From IMG/VR virus record IMGVR_UViG_3300020011_000226, positions 1-64,000 of that record: a stretch of 64,000 nt of DNA; one strand, 5' to 3'. A program made the translations under genes and the position numbers. Each line of letters begins with the position of its first letter. The stretch's first letter is position 1. Under the pieces are notes generated by a model. The model ran no database searches, was not told the origin of the DNA, and saw only the letters and a program-made list of their open reading frames with translations. The stretch comes from a virus. Its lineage: Duplodnaviria > Caudoviricetes. Of this stretch, positions 38,201 through 47,714 are shown piece after piece.

Positions 38201-41200
38201 ATCCAGCTATACCAATGCTATGCAGAGCCTGCAAGATGCTGCAAGTATTGGGGAAACCAGTGATGAAGCCACTGTTCAGAGACAGCAGGAATTAGTAAAT
38301 ACCTTCTTAGGTCTTGACCAAAACAAGAATGTACTGGCTGATATGTCTGAAGAAGAAAAGGCTGGGTTTGCTCAAGAGAGATTGAAGAAGAATGCCGCCA
38401 ATCTGTTGGACATAATGGATAGGACAGAGAAGCTTCAGAAGAAATTTGAAAATTCTATTCAGGCACAGCTCCATCCTGACTTGAAGCAGCAACTTATGTA
38501 CCAATATGTACTGGACAACAGATGGAAGATCAGATTATCAGAACTGGAAGAGCAGATTACTGGTGAACAAGGTACTCCTGAGTATGAGGGTAGTCATGCT
38601 GCTATTGCCAAATATGGAAGTATGCAAGGCCATGAGAGGACCAAGAAGGCACAGGAGAAGAGAGTGCAGGCAGCTCAAACAGCCTATGATAAAGCAGCAA
38701 AAGAAGCTGATAAAGAGAATGATCCTACTAAGAGTATTGTAGAGAATGCTCGTCAGAAGGCTGTCAGAATGTGGAAGAAAAAGACTGCTGCCATCAACCT
38801 CAAAAAAGAGCAGGATGCACTGTCCCAGATTAACAATGAAGAGGCTGAACTGAAGAGTGCCTTGGAAAGTGAAGCACCTGTTATCACAGCAGACCAAATA
38901 CTGAGACTGAATCCCAATGACAGATACAGGATGCTGGATGACTTCTACAGGAATGACTATTCAGAGGCACAGCAGAGGGAAATTGACTTAGCTAAGAACA
39001 AGTTGATAGAGGATGGTACTTCTATCAATGAGGCTATGGAGAAGGTCAAGGATGCTGCCATACTGAGTGACAGGATTCAGGACAATATGGAAGTTGCTAA
39101 GAGGATTATGCAGAATCCTGTAGAGGCCAATCAAATGCAGCAGGCTGTCATAGAGAACAGGAGAAGGGCTATAATAGACTATTTCAATGATAAGATTGTT
39201 GCAGAAGCTTTTAATGACTTTCAAGCTGATCCTGAAAGCACTTTATCCAAAGAGAAGATAGCTCAGAAGGCACATGGATATTCTACTGCTGTACTTAATG
39301 GTATGCTCAGAGCTATTGAGAAGGAATTGGCAAGAGCAAGAAAGGCGGATGAACCCTCAGATAAGACTTTATCCACTATGGAGGATGGTATCAAGGAAGT
39401 GCTTGGTCAGAGGGATGAGCAAATGAAGGAAACTGTTGATTTAGATAGCTATATCAGGAAGACAAAGAGTGTGCCTCATACAGAGGTAACAACATCTCCT
39501 GCTGGTGCTCACTATGAACAAAAGACAGGTGACTATGAGGTTACAACTGTTCCTACTCAGGTAACTACTGACAGAGATTTGTCAGAGAATGACAAGAAAC
39601 TGCTAGACTATGCTATTGACTATGCAGCAGAGAGAGGTATCCCTGTGGATGAACTGAGTCAGAGAGTACAGGATGAAGATTTCAATAATTATGTAGAGCA
39701 AAGGAATCATGCTTATGAGTTGGCTATAAATCCTATGACAGGAGAAGTTACTGAGACCAATGTCGCTACTGTTGATAATAGGGCTAATCAGGTTAGTCCT
39801 GAGTATATGTCTGGCTTGGTGAATGATGTGGTGGATGCTTTCAAGGCTAACAAGGATAAGGTAGCTCAAGCCAAAGCAGACAAGCCTACAGCAGCACAGC
39901 CTGAAAGTGTAGCTACTAATCCTGTAGAGACTAAAGGCAGTAAGGCAGAGGCTACAAGGGAAGAAGAGGTAAGACCTGATGAGGTAGACCCAAATGACCC
40001 ATTTGGATTAAAGAAAAAGAAGACTGCTTCTGTAACACAGCAGCCTACACCACGGCCTGCCAGTCCAACACCCGCCAATAGTAGGAATGCCCAGATTATG
40101 GAGGATGCATCTACTTTAAACAGTAAGATACTTGAAGATGTTGGAATATTATTGGATGAGGTTGATAAACTTCCTATGCAGGAACAGACTAGAGACAAGC
40201 TGAAGGATATTATTTCAGCTAATCTAAATAGCAGAACCTTTGGTAATATCCAAGAGCTACAGAACAGAATCATGGAAGATGCAATGGTAACCTCTCAGGC
40301 AGAAGCTCCTCAGATTGATGCCAAGGCTACTGCACTGGCAGGGCTGAACATTGGTGATATTAAGAGCAGAAGGGCTGGTCAGGCAGGAACTGAACAAGCA
40401 TCTGGCATACCTGCTGGGGAAATTAATAACAACCCCAACCCCCTCCCCCCAACTCCTCTTGTCCTGGAGTCCAGGGATTTGGATATGCTGATGAACTATC
40501 CTGTTTGGAAAAGCTATATTGAAAAGCATGGAGTCATCCCATTCCTTCAGAAACTCTCCGATGCATGGAATAAAGAGGCAGAGGCTTGGAGGCAGACTAA
40601 TAAGCAGGGATTACTGCATCAAAGTCAGGTAGTATTCCTTTATGACCCAGCATTGGCAGAAGCTGTAAAGAATAACATCGAGGAGAATGGCGGATTTTAT
40701 AATCCAGAAATCTCTTCTCCTATTCTTATGGCCTTAGAGGTTACTGATAAAAACAAGCATTTGGTAGATAGTGAGAGTCAGCTTATTAGCATCAAGGACA
40801 AGACTGATGGTAAGACCAAACAGTATCAGGTGATAGGAGTAATGCCCAGCAGTGAGATAAGTACAGGAGAAAGTGATGCTATGAAGGCTACAGCAGCCAG
40901 AATGTCTGCACTGAGGAATAGAATCAATTTTAATGATACTGATACCCATGTACTGAGATATGCTCCCCAAAATGATACTGGCAAATACAATGGTACTCCA
41001 ATACGCACTAATATAGAAAAGGTAAGTAGTCATACAGAGGAAGACAGAATTCCTCATGCTACTGAGGAGACACCAAGAACAGGTGTTCAGCAGCTGATGG
41101 ATGAAAATCTTAATTCTGCTACTGAGAGCTTCATCAGTGCTACTGAGGAAGAACAGCAGGCCTATGATGCTGCTAAACAAAGAGGCTTATCCGAAATCAG

Positions 41201-43415
41201 AAAGACCAACCTCTACAAGAAACTGCGCAAGGCATTTATTGATAGGCTCTTTAAGAGAGAAAGAAAGGCTCAGAATCCTGATGATCCCAATAGCAAGGAA
41301 CTGAACTTCAATCTTCAGAAGGGAACTAATGACACCTATCCTAAAATTGTACTGGTCAAGAAAGTCAGTGAGACACTAGATAAGAACACTGGCAGGCCTA
41401 TCATTGATATTCTGAGGGAAACAGATGGCACTGGTAGCAATGCTCAAGAGGTTATTGAAAGCAACTCGAGGTTTAGAAGGCTGTTCAATCAATTGAGCAA
41501 ATTGAAGTTGAGCAGCGGTCTGTTTAATGCACAAGGAGATGTGGTTAATAGGACTGCCTATGACAAGGCAGTAAGAGACTTTGAAGAGAGTGTTAGAAAG
41601 ACTATTGATAATAATCTGCATGTAGATGATATGACTGTCAGAGTGGATATTACTGAGGGAAGACCTGATGAAAAGACAGTCCATATCAATGTCTACTCAG
41701 GGGATGTCAACAATAATAACAACCTCCTCACCACCCTCACCACTTCATACACTGGTCAGGTAAGTCAAGCTGAATACGCTCCCTTCCTTAAAGACTTGAT
41801 ACTGGATAATGAAGGTAATACAAGATCAGGTCTTAACGATTCAAGGTATGAGAGAGTAAAGTGGCAAGTAAACTATGAGGATGCTGAGACAGCCCATGAC
41901 AGTACTAAGACTCCTGTAGAAAGGAAGGCAGCAACAGATAATCTGAATGACCTCTATGATGATGGTATCTTTGAGATGCAGGTTACTAAGCTTGCTTATC
42001 CCTCAAGAAGTATAACTGTCAGCATTAACCCTGCTATGAAAGCCAAACTGTATCCTGAGAGAACCAGGGAACCAGAAGCTCCTATTGGTAATCCTACAGG
42101 TATAGTGGCTAGCTTTGAAGCTGAGAGTGCTGCTGGTAAGGTGGATGGTGATACTGGAATGATGACTGAAGCTCCTACCAGAGAAGGTATTCTCAATGGT
42201 ATCCCAAGGGCTATCATGGATACTATCAATAGGATGTTGTCAGACTCTAAGAGCAGGCAACTGACTGATGATGGCAGACACTACAGCATTGGTGGTCAAT
42301 TGTGGTCAAGAGTCACCTCCATTAAGTATGCTCTTGAAAACATGGGTCAAAGATTTAATCCTGCTAATGGTTGGGCATTACCCTCATCCTTGTTAGGTAA
42401 TAGCCTTGATGAATTTGGTAGGGACGTGTTTACTGGGGCCTTTGACTCTATGGATGGAACCAAGAGAATGGCAGAATTTGAAGGGTATGATAACTCAACA
42501 GCAAAAAATTATGACCAAGTGTTCATGGCTCTCAAGGCATTTGAGTCAAGACTTGCTGGTAAAGGTCAGGTGGTTATTGCTACTGGTAACAGGGAGAATC
42601 CAGGTCACATTACAGCTAAAGGTACTTTGGATGTACAAGTTAAAGGAGAACAGGGCATAGAAACTAAGAAGGTCAGAGTAGCAGGAACACTTGATGTCTT
42701 AGCTATTGATGATAAAGGTAACCTGCATATTTATGACTTTAAAACCCATCGAGGGGCCTTTGATGCCGCCCATGCTGTAGAGAAAGGTTATGACAGGCAG
42801 CTCAGTATGTATGCCAAGTTCTTGGAAGATGAATATGGTTTGAAAGTAAAGAGCATCAATATTATTCCTATCAAGGTTGATTATCCTACACCTTCAGGCA
42901 GAGACAATGAAGGTAATGCTATTCAAGGTGCTCAGAAGACTTACAAACAGGCAAGGCCTGGCAGCAACCAGTTAGAGGTGAAAGAACCAACTGCTGATGA
43001 CAGTAAGTTTGAACCCTACAGGGGAGCTAACTTCCAAGTTGAAGCAGAGTTTCCACTTACCAGACTGGATAATGCAGCATTGGTAGCCAGCTTTGACAGG
43101 ATGAGTGATGCTGAGAAAGAAGCTATTGTAGAGGCTATTCAAGACCAAAGTGAAAGTCCTGCTACAACTGGAGAGGTAAAGGCTGGAGACATAGCCAGTG
43201 CCAAGCCAGACATTGTAGAGGAGACTGCTGAAGAAGAGGAAGAAGGTGGTTTCTCTCGTAGAGGCAGCAGGTTTGGTTTAGGCAGAAAGAAAGCCGCTAC
43301 TCCAGCACCATCCGCTGAGGAAACAGCCCAAGCCATCAATCCAGAAGACAAGGGAGGTCTACTCAACAGACTCAAGGATTTAGAAAATGCCTGTGGTGGC
43401 CCAAAGAAAAAGTAA
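35208..43415 (+). CDS. Giant virion cargo protein with glycine zipper and C-terminal PD-(D/E)XK nuclease-like domain
   Basis: 2735 aa; SRVTSI...AGTLDVL...IYDFKT...RQLSMY RecB-type nuclease motifs near 42300-42850. Confidence 0.75.
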   Translation: MANNTGLRFNPLTGLGGWRDNQQQQSVPTVAEDYMNQFTMPIPEWKPERLQKARTFVADVNSGKFDNWNPMEDYDRWQGGLRGLSNDEQAIWESQNYAKILDQSEEWRDRLWRNQQFVNTFGMERFQQTPDKNERDRMYEDYLLGDAIGKKYGSNSNLEQLMSLTPEGKKELLNSDYKANWQLKQSDQAAENKDWEDYTLGERWNAVSSDVSSYGMAGLGLGTTIGAAFEGVGSIPGAAIGGLIGAGTGLVMGVLNPEDAASTNAMQRRAENDDILNKITVADNERKKVDSQDSINDLWSAYTKAYSQGQITSEQVDEMFDNLALSGKRTATDKLGNTQEYDYHGSNYYTMFKDEDEFEHFGTVDKLKYIAQSQVLGQKYGQGTAINILEQDMQNYVSDNQSSWQWAGNSLKNVWVGGVANLANNVTALGALSAKTFYGEEGLAEYLKGKDASGDGTDNWFNPQYWNKVDQYNTFDTDAIAKADQNGGISIYNNVVTPGTEGDFWSWNTLNEAVRMNKFAWSDLLKNLSLGRMVRGATRLAGGVELAPGVLATESPTAAQAINKVGALGVMNASSLGIDAAYGMQTYEEVLRQNNEKLDQIIDKDTETEVQRRLQTKEAQADFRRFVDTENARRKARAGERGSYIAVDEDKAFVDYTEYLRKQVRQEQEALHQEDRQQAENDAANAYAVDASIEHLRMATTNGVFKSYLFDKGTLNAIRKNNPYVATTTKNGQYALAKNATRNAALKQMGVQVWGGFHSNYFDDVTVGFAEGFGLQDYNNYLLQKYNPAAYGAVIDDYVNPFVAGIAGATNAMTEKRSFLDGGIGALGSFMTVSPNVNGMISHRQRMKELAEANKKQGTEKQGISTAEWISDFVNNPVLQAVADAKQKTRMTEAEIKRINDIIKESGYSLDNIVETASALNQKVIAREGTSLIEAEDAKDREAFALASTLLSLRNSGVVANAQAEPNKANWSRKKRAAATIGRGFNMLLGVPMFNEAESSYTNAMQSLQDAASIGETSDEATVQRQQELVNTFLGLDQNKNVLADMSEEEKAGFAQERLKKNAANLLDIMDRTEKLQKKFENSIQAQLHPDLKQQLMYQYVLDNRWKIRLSELEEQITGEQGTPEYEGSHAAIAKYGSMQGHERTKKAQEKRVQAAQTAYDKAAKEADKENDPTKSIVENARQKAVRMWKKKTAAINLKKEQDALSQINNEEAELKSALESEAPVITADQILRLNPNDRYRMLDDFYRNDYSEAQQREIDLAKNKLIEDGTSINEAMEKVKDAAILSDRIQDNMEVAKRIMQNPVEANQMQQAVIENRRRAIIDYFNDKIVAEAFNDFQADPESTLSKEKIAQKAHGYSTAVLNGMLRAIEKELARARKADEPSDKTLSTMEDGIKEVLGQRDEQMKETVDLDSYIRKTKSVPHTEVTTSPAGAHYEQKTGDYEVTTVPTQVTTDRDLSENDKKLLDYAIDYAAERGIPVDELSQRVQDEDFNNYVEQRNHAYELAINPMTGEVTETNVATVDNRANQVSPEYMSGLVNDVVDAFKANKDKVAQAKADKPTAAQPESVATNPVETKGSKAEATREEEVRPDEVDPNDPFGLKKKKTASVTQQPTPRPASPTPANSRNAQIMEDASTLNSKILEDVGILLDEVDKLPMQEQTRDKLKDIISANLNSRTFGNIQELQNRIMEDAMVTSQAEAPQIDAKATALAGLNIGDIKSRRAGQAGTEQASGIPAGEINNNPNPLPPTPLVLESRDLDMLMNYPVWKSYIEKHGVIPFLQKLSDAWNKEAEAWRQTNKQGLLHQSQVVFLYDPALAEAVKNNIEENGGFYNPEISSPILMALEVTDKNKHLVDSESQLISIKDKTDGKTKQYQVIGVMPSSEISTGESDAMKATAARMSALRNRINFNDTDTHVLRYAPQNDTGKYNGTPIRTNIEKVSSHTEEDRIPHATEETPRTGVQQLMDENLNSATESFISATEEEQQAYDAAKQRGLSEIRKTNLYKKLRKAFIDRLFKRERKAQNPDDPNSKELNFNLQKGTNDTYPKIVLVKKVSETLDKNTGRPIIDILRETDGTGSNAQEVIESNSRFRRLFNQLSKLKLSSGLFNAQGDVVNRTAYDKAVRDFEESVRKTIDNNLHVDDMTVRVDITEGRPDEKTVHINVYSGDVNNNNNLLTTLTTSYTGQVSQAEYAPFLKDLILDNEGNTRSGLNDSRYERVKWQVNYEDAETAHDSTKTPVERKAATDNLNDLYDDGIFEMQVTKLAYPSRSITVSINPAMKAKLYPERTREPEAPIGNPTGIVASFEAESAAGKVDGDTGMMTEAPTREGILNGIPRAIMDTINRMLSDSKSRQLTDDGRHYSIGGQLWSRVTSIKYALENMGQRFNPANGWALPSSLLGNSLDEFGRDVFTGAFDSMDGTKRMAEFEGYDNSTAKNYDQVFMALKAFESRLAGKGQVVIATGNRENPGHITAKGTLDVQVKGEQGIETKKVRVAGTLDVLAIDDKGNLHIYDFKTHRGAFDAAHAVEKGYDRQLSMYAKFLEDEYGLKVKSINIIPIKVDYPTPSGRDNEGNAIQGAQKTYKQARPGSNQLEVKEPTADDSKFEPYRGANFQVEAEFPLTRLDNAALVASFDRMSDAEKEAIVEAIQDQSESPATTGEVKAGDIASAKPDIVEETAEEEEEGGFSRRGSRFGLGRKKAATPAPSAEETAQAINPEDKGGLLNRLKDLENACGGPKKK

Positions 43416-43433
43416 ACCACTTAACATCAAAAG

Positions 43434-43463
43434 AAAGGGTGAGTCTCAAGGCTCGCCTTTTTT
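43434..43463. terminator. Bidirectional terminator between convergent operons
   Basis: AAAGGGTGAGTC-tcaa-GGCTCGCCTTTT flanked by A-run and T-run. Confidence 0.65.
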
Positions 43464-43637
43464 ATTATAAGAAACAAGCTGTGCGCGGATTCTTTCTCTT
43501 TCCTGTTCTGCTTGTAGTTGTTTTAGTTCATCCTCTGACAATAAAGACAAATCAATCTCTTTTGTTCGAATAGTCTCAGGGTTTTCTTTAATGTAATCTC
43601 TGAGTATTTGTACTGATTCTTTAAGTTCTTTATTCAT
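43446..43637 (-). CDS. Small hypothetical protein
   Basis: 63 aa charged ORF with CAGGAAACA leader. Confidence 0.5.
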   Translation of the reverse strand: MNKELKESVQILRDYIKENPETIRTKEIDLSLLSEDELKQLQAEQERERIRAQLVSYNKKGEP

Positions 43638-43698
43638 TGTTTCCTGTTGCTAAAATAATATATCCATTATTTATTTTTCTTTGATCTATCTGTTAATC

Positions 43699-43878
43699 TC
43701 ATTCTTTTTGTTGTTTATTTGCAAATTTACCTTGCTCATCTTTTTCTTTCCATTTGCTAAGAATCTTCGGATCTTCTCTATTTTCAAATCCTTTATCGAG
43801 AATTTTTCCCATTAGCATGACTAACAGTATAAAACCAACTATTAGAGCGAGTACAATATATACTATAATCTGTATCAT
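43699..43878 (-). CDS. Small single-pass membrane protein (59 aa, not in ORF track)
   Basis: Manual translation MIQIIVYIVLALIVGFILLVMLMGKILDKGFENREDPKILSKWKEKDEQGKFANKQQKE*. Confidence 0.6.
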   Translation of the reverse strand: MIQIIVYIVLALIVGFILLVMLMGKILDKGFENREDPKILSKWKEKDEQGKFANKQQKE

Positions 43879-43887
43879 AACTATTTT

Positions 43888-44112
43888 CTATTTCTTTTTA
43901 TAAATGTTTGAACGTTTTTCCAAACTATCAAGAGTGGCCTCTATAGAAGGCCTATAACAAGGAGGATATTCTAATTCTTCAATCTTAAGCTCACTTTTAG
44001 ATTTGGAAATAGACTTTCTATTCTGAACATAGTTATAAATATATAATGCTGTATACATTACATAAAACAAAGTCAGTACAATGATTATAACTATTCCTGC
44101 TTTTGATTTCAT
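43888..44112 (-). CDS. Small single-pass membrane protein
   Basis: N-terminal TM helix; start abuts the upstream stop. Confidence 0.6.
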   Translation of the reverse strand: MKSKAGIVIIIVLTLFYVMYTALYIYNYVQNRKSISKSKSELKIEELEYPPCYRPSIEATLDSLEKRSNIYKKK

Positions 44113-45999
44113 TTAAGTAAAAAATATGTTAATGTTCTTTTGTGATTTACCTATCTGTGCAACTTCATTTAATGCTTTTGTGAGAGATTCAACATCATAT
44201 CTTTGTAAATCAGAATTATAGTCTTTTCCTTCTTTATCGAGCATCTTCTGAATCTCTTTACTGGTGTACTTCTTTTTAGGACTAAGTCCATGATTATATC
44301 TAAATTCCATCATTCTCGCATATATTTCAGCAGGAGCATCTATGTAACTGTGCTGAGGAATTCCCGCTTTATTCTTTATAATTCTTTTCACAGCAGCTGT
44401 TTGGGCATTATATCCTACAAGAGCATCTTCTCTTCCTGGTTTTCCACTGGCATGAGTTCTTTCGTGTATATGTATTCCATTTTGTGAATACCCTACATTA
44501 CCATTATTTAAAACATCTACAAATTCCATATAGGGCTCATTGTAATAAATAGTACCTTGTTGTGATGTATACGCAGCAGTATTATCATCAATATTATTAT
44601 ATACATCAGGTTCATCCTTTTGTAGCTCATCAAATGTAGAGGTTCTGTAGTTAGCCATATTATTGAGCTTTTCATAATATTCCCTATCAGCTGTAGACTT
44701 TCCAACAGGCAATCCAAACCTTTTATCTTTTGCATTGTCTACAATTGTTAAGAGTCTGTTGTAACTTCTAGCATTGTTGTATAGTTGCTCTCTTCTATTA
44801 TTGTACCAGTTTGCTATCCAATTAACAGATGCTTGATCTTCTGGTACTTTTGGGATTATAGGATTGGCTATAGGAGTAAATGCTGCCGTTTCATCTCCTC
44901 CATCACCAAACAGATTACCCCCATCTCCATGCCACTTAGCTGCGTTTAATTCAAAAGTTGCCATCTTCTTCTGAGCAGGTGTCCCATGCTCTTTAAACCA
45001 TGTAGCAGAATGGCCTGTCCTTTCTTTTAAAGCTGTGAATTTACCGCGATTTTCTGGCTTGATATAAATCTTGCCACCTTCCGCAAACTCATTATACCTT
45101 TTCTTTATCTCTTGGAGGTCTGTGATACCATGCTTGACTGCTACCTTCATCATTTCAGATTTGGCAGTTAGTGAGAGCCTATCCCATGCATCTCTGTAGG
45201 TAGGCTTCCAGATAGGGCCACCAGTATCTTTCTTATTTACAGGCTTCCCATTTTTATCATAGTACTGCTTGCCATATATTTCAAAGGGCTCACCAAACGG
45301 CAGTACATCTCCTATTTTATCTAACCCGACGGTTTTACCAGTCTCAATAAACCCTTTCCATGAGGGGTCATCTTCTGAACTTTTACCTCTGAAGGGGTTT
45401 ATATCCCAAGTATCTTCATAGGAGATATATGTACCATTTTCATCCTGCCCCTTCGTCTGATGGAAAGTCCCAAGCTGATGACTGTGCATCCACCTATCTC
45501 CATCCAGCTCATTTGAATTTTGTGGCAAGTGAAAGATATTCCCTTCTTGATTAGGATATGCAAGCTCATAAGCTCCAGGCTTACTTTTGCTGGGTACTAC
45601 AATGTCTTTTACAGCGTATTTTGCAAGTCCTCCATCCTTATTTTCTCCAAAAGGAAAGCCAAGCTCTTGAACTTCCTTGCTTGTTAAATGCCTACCATCG
45701 GGCAAACCTTTTGGAGCTTGAGAGTAGGAGGCAATGATAGAATCCTGTCCTGTATATTTGCCAAATAGTCCTTCAGTATTAGGGTCAGAATAGCTTCTTC
45801 TATCGCCCTTTATGAAATTCATCATATTATCATAAGTGTATCCTGTAGGCTCTACAGTTCGATACATCCTATCTCTTAACCTTTGACTGTTTTTTATTTT
45901 ATGCCTTACGGCTTTTGCTCCTCTATAAGCTGCTGGCAACCAATAAAGAAGCCCACCCAAAGGAAATAGGTTTGTGTCCTGTTCTGGAAAATTACTCAT
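44113..45999 (-). CDS. Modular putative virion protein with C-terminal zincin-like (HExxH) domain
   Basis: IHERTH...PAEIYAR motif; segments separated by xxxGG motifs. Confidence 0.65.
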   Translation of the reverse strand: MSNFPEQDTNLFPLGGLLYWLPAAYRGAKAVRHKIKNSQRLRDRMYRTVEPTGYTYDNMMNFIKGDRRSYSDPNTEGLFGKYTGQDSIIASYSQAPKGLPDGRHLTSKEVQELGFPFGENKDGGLAKYAVKDIVVPSKSKPGAYELAYPNQEGNIFHLPQNSNELDGDRWMHSHQLGTFHQTKGQDENGTYISYEDTWDINPFRGKSSEDDPSWKGFIETGKTVGLDKIGDVLPFGEPFEIYGKQYYDKNGKPVNKKDTGGPIWKPTYRDAWDRLSLTAKSEMMKVAVKHGITDLQEIKKRYNEFAEGGKIYIKPENRGKFTALKERTGHSATWFKEHGTPAQKKMATFELNAAKWHGDGGNLFGDGGDETAAFTPIANPIIPKVPEDQASVNWIANWYNNRREQLYNNARSYNRLLTIVDNAKDKRFGLPVGKSTADREYYEKLNNMANYRTSTFDELQKDEPDVYNNIDDNTAAYTSQQGTIYYNEPYMEFVDVLNNGNVGYSQNGIHIHERTHASGKPGREDALVGYNAQTAAVKRIIKNKAGIPQHSYIDAPAEIYARMMEFRYNHGLSPKKKYTSKEIQKMLDKEGKDYNSDLQRYDVESLTKALNEVAQIGKSQKNINIFFT

Positions 46000-46001
46000 A
46001 T

Positions 46002-46439
46002 CTATTTTACAAATATGTATTTCTGATTAAACTGCGTTGTAACATTAGGCCAAGATACATTGGAGTACTTATCCCATTTCCAGACCTCATAACTGCCCAG
46101 ACTGTCTTGCCTTATCATATAGTACTTGATTGTGTGTGGCGTAAAACAATACCAGACAGTGTCACCTGCTCTCACCTTTAGCATGCTATCTGCCTTCTGC
46201 ACAATCTCTTTATGTATTAAGTAGCTAATATGAGGAGGCCTGTCTGTCCCATCTATCATGGCCACCTCTGCTGTATCTATATCAATCTTACCAAAGGGAG
46301 TGTTGTACACTGATTCTGAAGCCTCAAAATGATTCAGGTAAACCGTGTACAGTATAAAAGACAGTACTAAAATAAGTACTATTGAAGAAGATACCCAGAA
46401 CCCTGCGGATATTATATTTTCTATTTTAGATAGCTTCAT
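46002..46439 (-). CDS. Membrane-anchored hypothetical protein
   Basis: N-terminal TM helix; -7 box TATCTTTG at 46458-46465 on the minus strand. Confidence 0.6.
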   Translation of the reverse strand: MKLSKIENIISAGFWVSSSIVLILVLSFILYTVYLNHFEASESVYNTPFGKIDIDTAEVAMIDGTDRPPHISYLIHKEIVQKADSMLKVRAGDTVWYCFTPHTIKYYMIRQDSLGSYEVWKWDKYSNVSWPNVTTQFNQKYIFVK

Positions 46440-46457
46440 ACTCTTTTAATTTTTCCG

Positions 46458-46577
46458 CAAAGATAAGTAAAAAATGAATGATGACCAAATTATTAGGAGT
46501 TTTCTTAATCATCTGAATAAAAGATATTAGAGATTCCTTTAACAATCATAAAGTCTGTTGGATAGTTTTTATCTTTG
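46458..46577. promoter_or_regulatory. Divergent -7 promoter boxes
   Basis: TATCTTTG(C) on the minus strand at 46458-46465 and on the plus strand at 46570-46577. Confidence 0.55.
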
Positions 46578-46579
46578 CA

Positions 46580-46792
46580 ATGGTAAAAAGAAATAGTATG
46601 ACGTTGCTTGTAGGATTCATAGTATGGATGATTGGAGCAGTAGTTGCTTGGTTCCAGATAAGACACTGGAATAGAGGGCAGTCTTTTGATTGTCCAAGAG
46701 ACTATATCATCCTATCACTACTGAGTATTCTCTCATGGGCTATCTATCCTATTTATGCATTGGAATGGATTAGTAATGAATTAGAAAAGTAA
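46580..46792 (+). CDS. Small 2-TM protein (holin-like)
   Basis: Two hydrophobic helices, first gene of the putative lysis cluster. Confidence 0.5.
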   Translation: MVKRNSMTLLVGFIVWMIGAVVAWFQIRHWNRGQSFDCPRDYIILSLLSILSWAIYPIYALEWISNELEK

Positions 46793-46796
46793 AGAT

Positions 46797-47123
46797 ATGG
46801 CAAGTGAGATTGTAATGGCTATTGTTGGAGTGGTCTGCACTGGATTGTCCAGTCTGATAACATTCCTGTTAACCCGAAGGAAATACAACACTGAGGTTGA
46901 TTCCCAGCAGATAGAGAACATGGAAAAGTCCTTTAATGCATATAAGAAGATGATGGAGGAGACTCTTGAGGCCCAGAAAAGACTGATGGAGACAACAGTT
47001 AACGGTCTCAATGCCAAGGTTGATACCTTGGAAGGAGAGAATAAATTCTTGAGAAAGCAGGTTGATGAACTAAGGAGCCAGCTGATACAATATCTCGGTA
47101 TGAAATTCAAAGCCACTGAATAA
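46797..47123 (+). CDS. Holin-like protein (N-terminal TM plus coiled coil)
   Basis: TM helix, RRK, coiled coil; coupled to the next gene. Confidence 0.55.
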   Translation: MASEIVMAIVGVVCTGLSSLITFLLTRRKYNTEVDSQQIENMEKSFNAYKKMMEETLEAQKRLMETTVNGLNAKVDTLEGENKFLRKQVDELRSQLIQYLGMKFKATE

Positions 47124-47584
47124 TGAAGATAGTAATAGACAGGAAGTGGAAGAAGTCAGCCTATACCATTGGTGTGATGACCATTGATGGTGAGAGGTTC
47201 TCAGAGACACTGGAAGACCCAGACAGGGGGCTGACCAGCAAAATGACAGAGGCTGAGATAAAAACCAAGAAGATATATGGCATTACAGCTATCCCGACTG
47301 GAACCTATGAGATAAAGATGACTTACTCTCCCAAGTTTGCCACAAGAGTATGGGGCAAGAGATACCAAGGACAGGTTCCAGAGATAATGAATGTAAGGGG
47401 ATTTTTGGGGGTGAGAGTGCATCCATTGAACACAGCAGCTGATTCACTCGGATGTATTGGTGTTGGAAGAAACCTTGAAAAAGGTAAAATTCTCCAGTCA
47501 ACAGAATACTATTACAAGCTATTAGATAAATACATTCTTCCTGCCATCAAGAAAGGGGAGAAGGTGACATTGACAATAAAATAA
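47123..47584 (+). CDS. DUF5675-like putative endolysin / peptidoglycan-active enzyme
   Basis: YTIG...TLED.DRGL...TAIPTGTY...SPKF...GVRVH..N...DSLGCI.VG motifs. Confidence 0.7.
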   Translation: MKIVIDRKWKKSAYTIGVMTIDGERFSETLEDPDRGLTSKMTEAEIKTKKIYGITAIPTGTYEIKMTYSPKFATRVWGKRYQGQVPEIMNVRGFLGVRVHPLNTAADSLGCIGVGRNLEKGKILQSTEYYYKLLDKYILPAIKKGEKVTLTIK

Positions 47585-47683
47585 CTTTTTCATAAATAAA
47601 GCTTTTTTAGGGTTAGTGGTTTTTCATAGTGTTGTTAAAATTAAATTAATTGAAATTTGTTTGTTTTTAGTTTTGACAAAAGA

Positions 47684-47714
47684 GAGAAGGAGGCTGGGAA
47701 GTTTCCTTCTTTTT
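47684..47714 (+). terminator. Intrinsic terminator
   Basis: AGAAGGAGGC/GTTTCCTTCT stem plus T-run. Confidence 0.5.
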
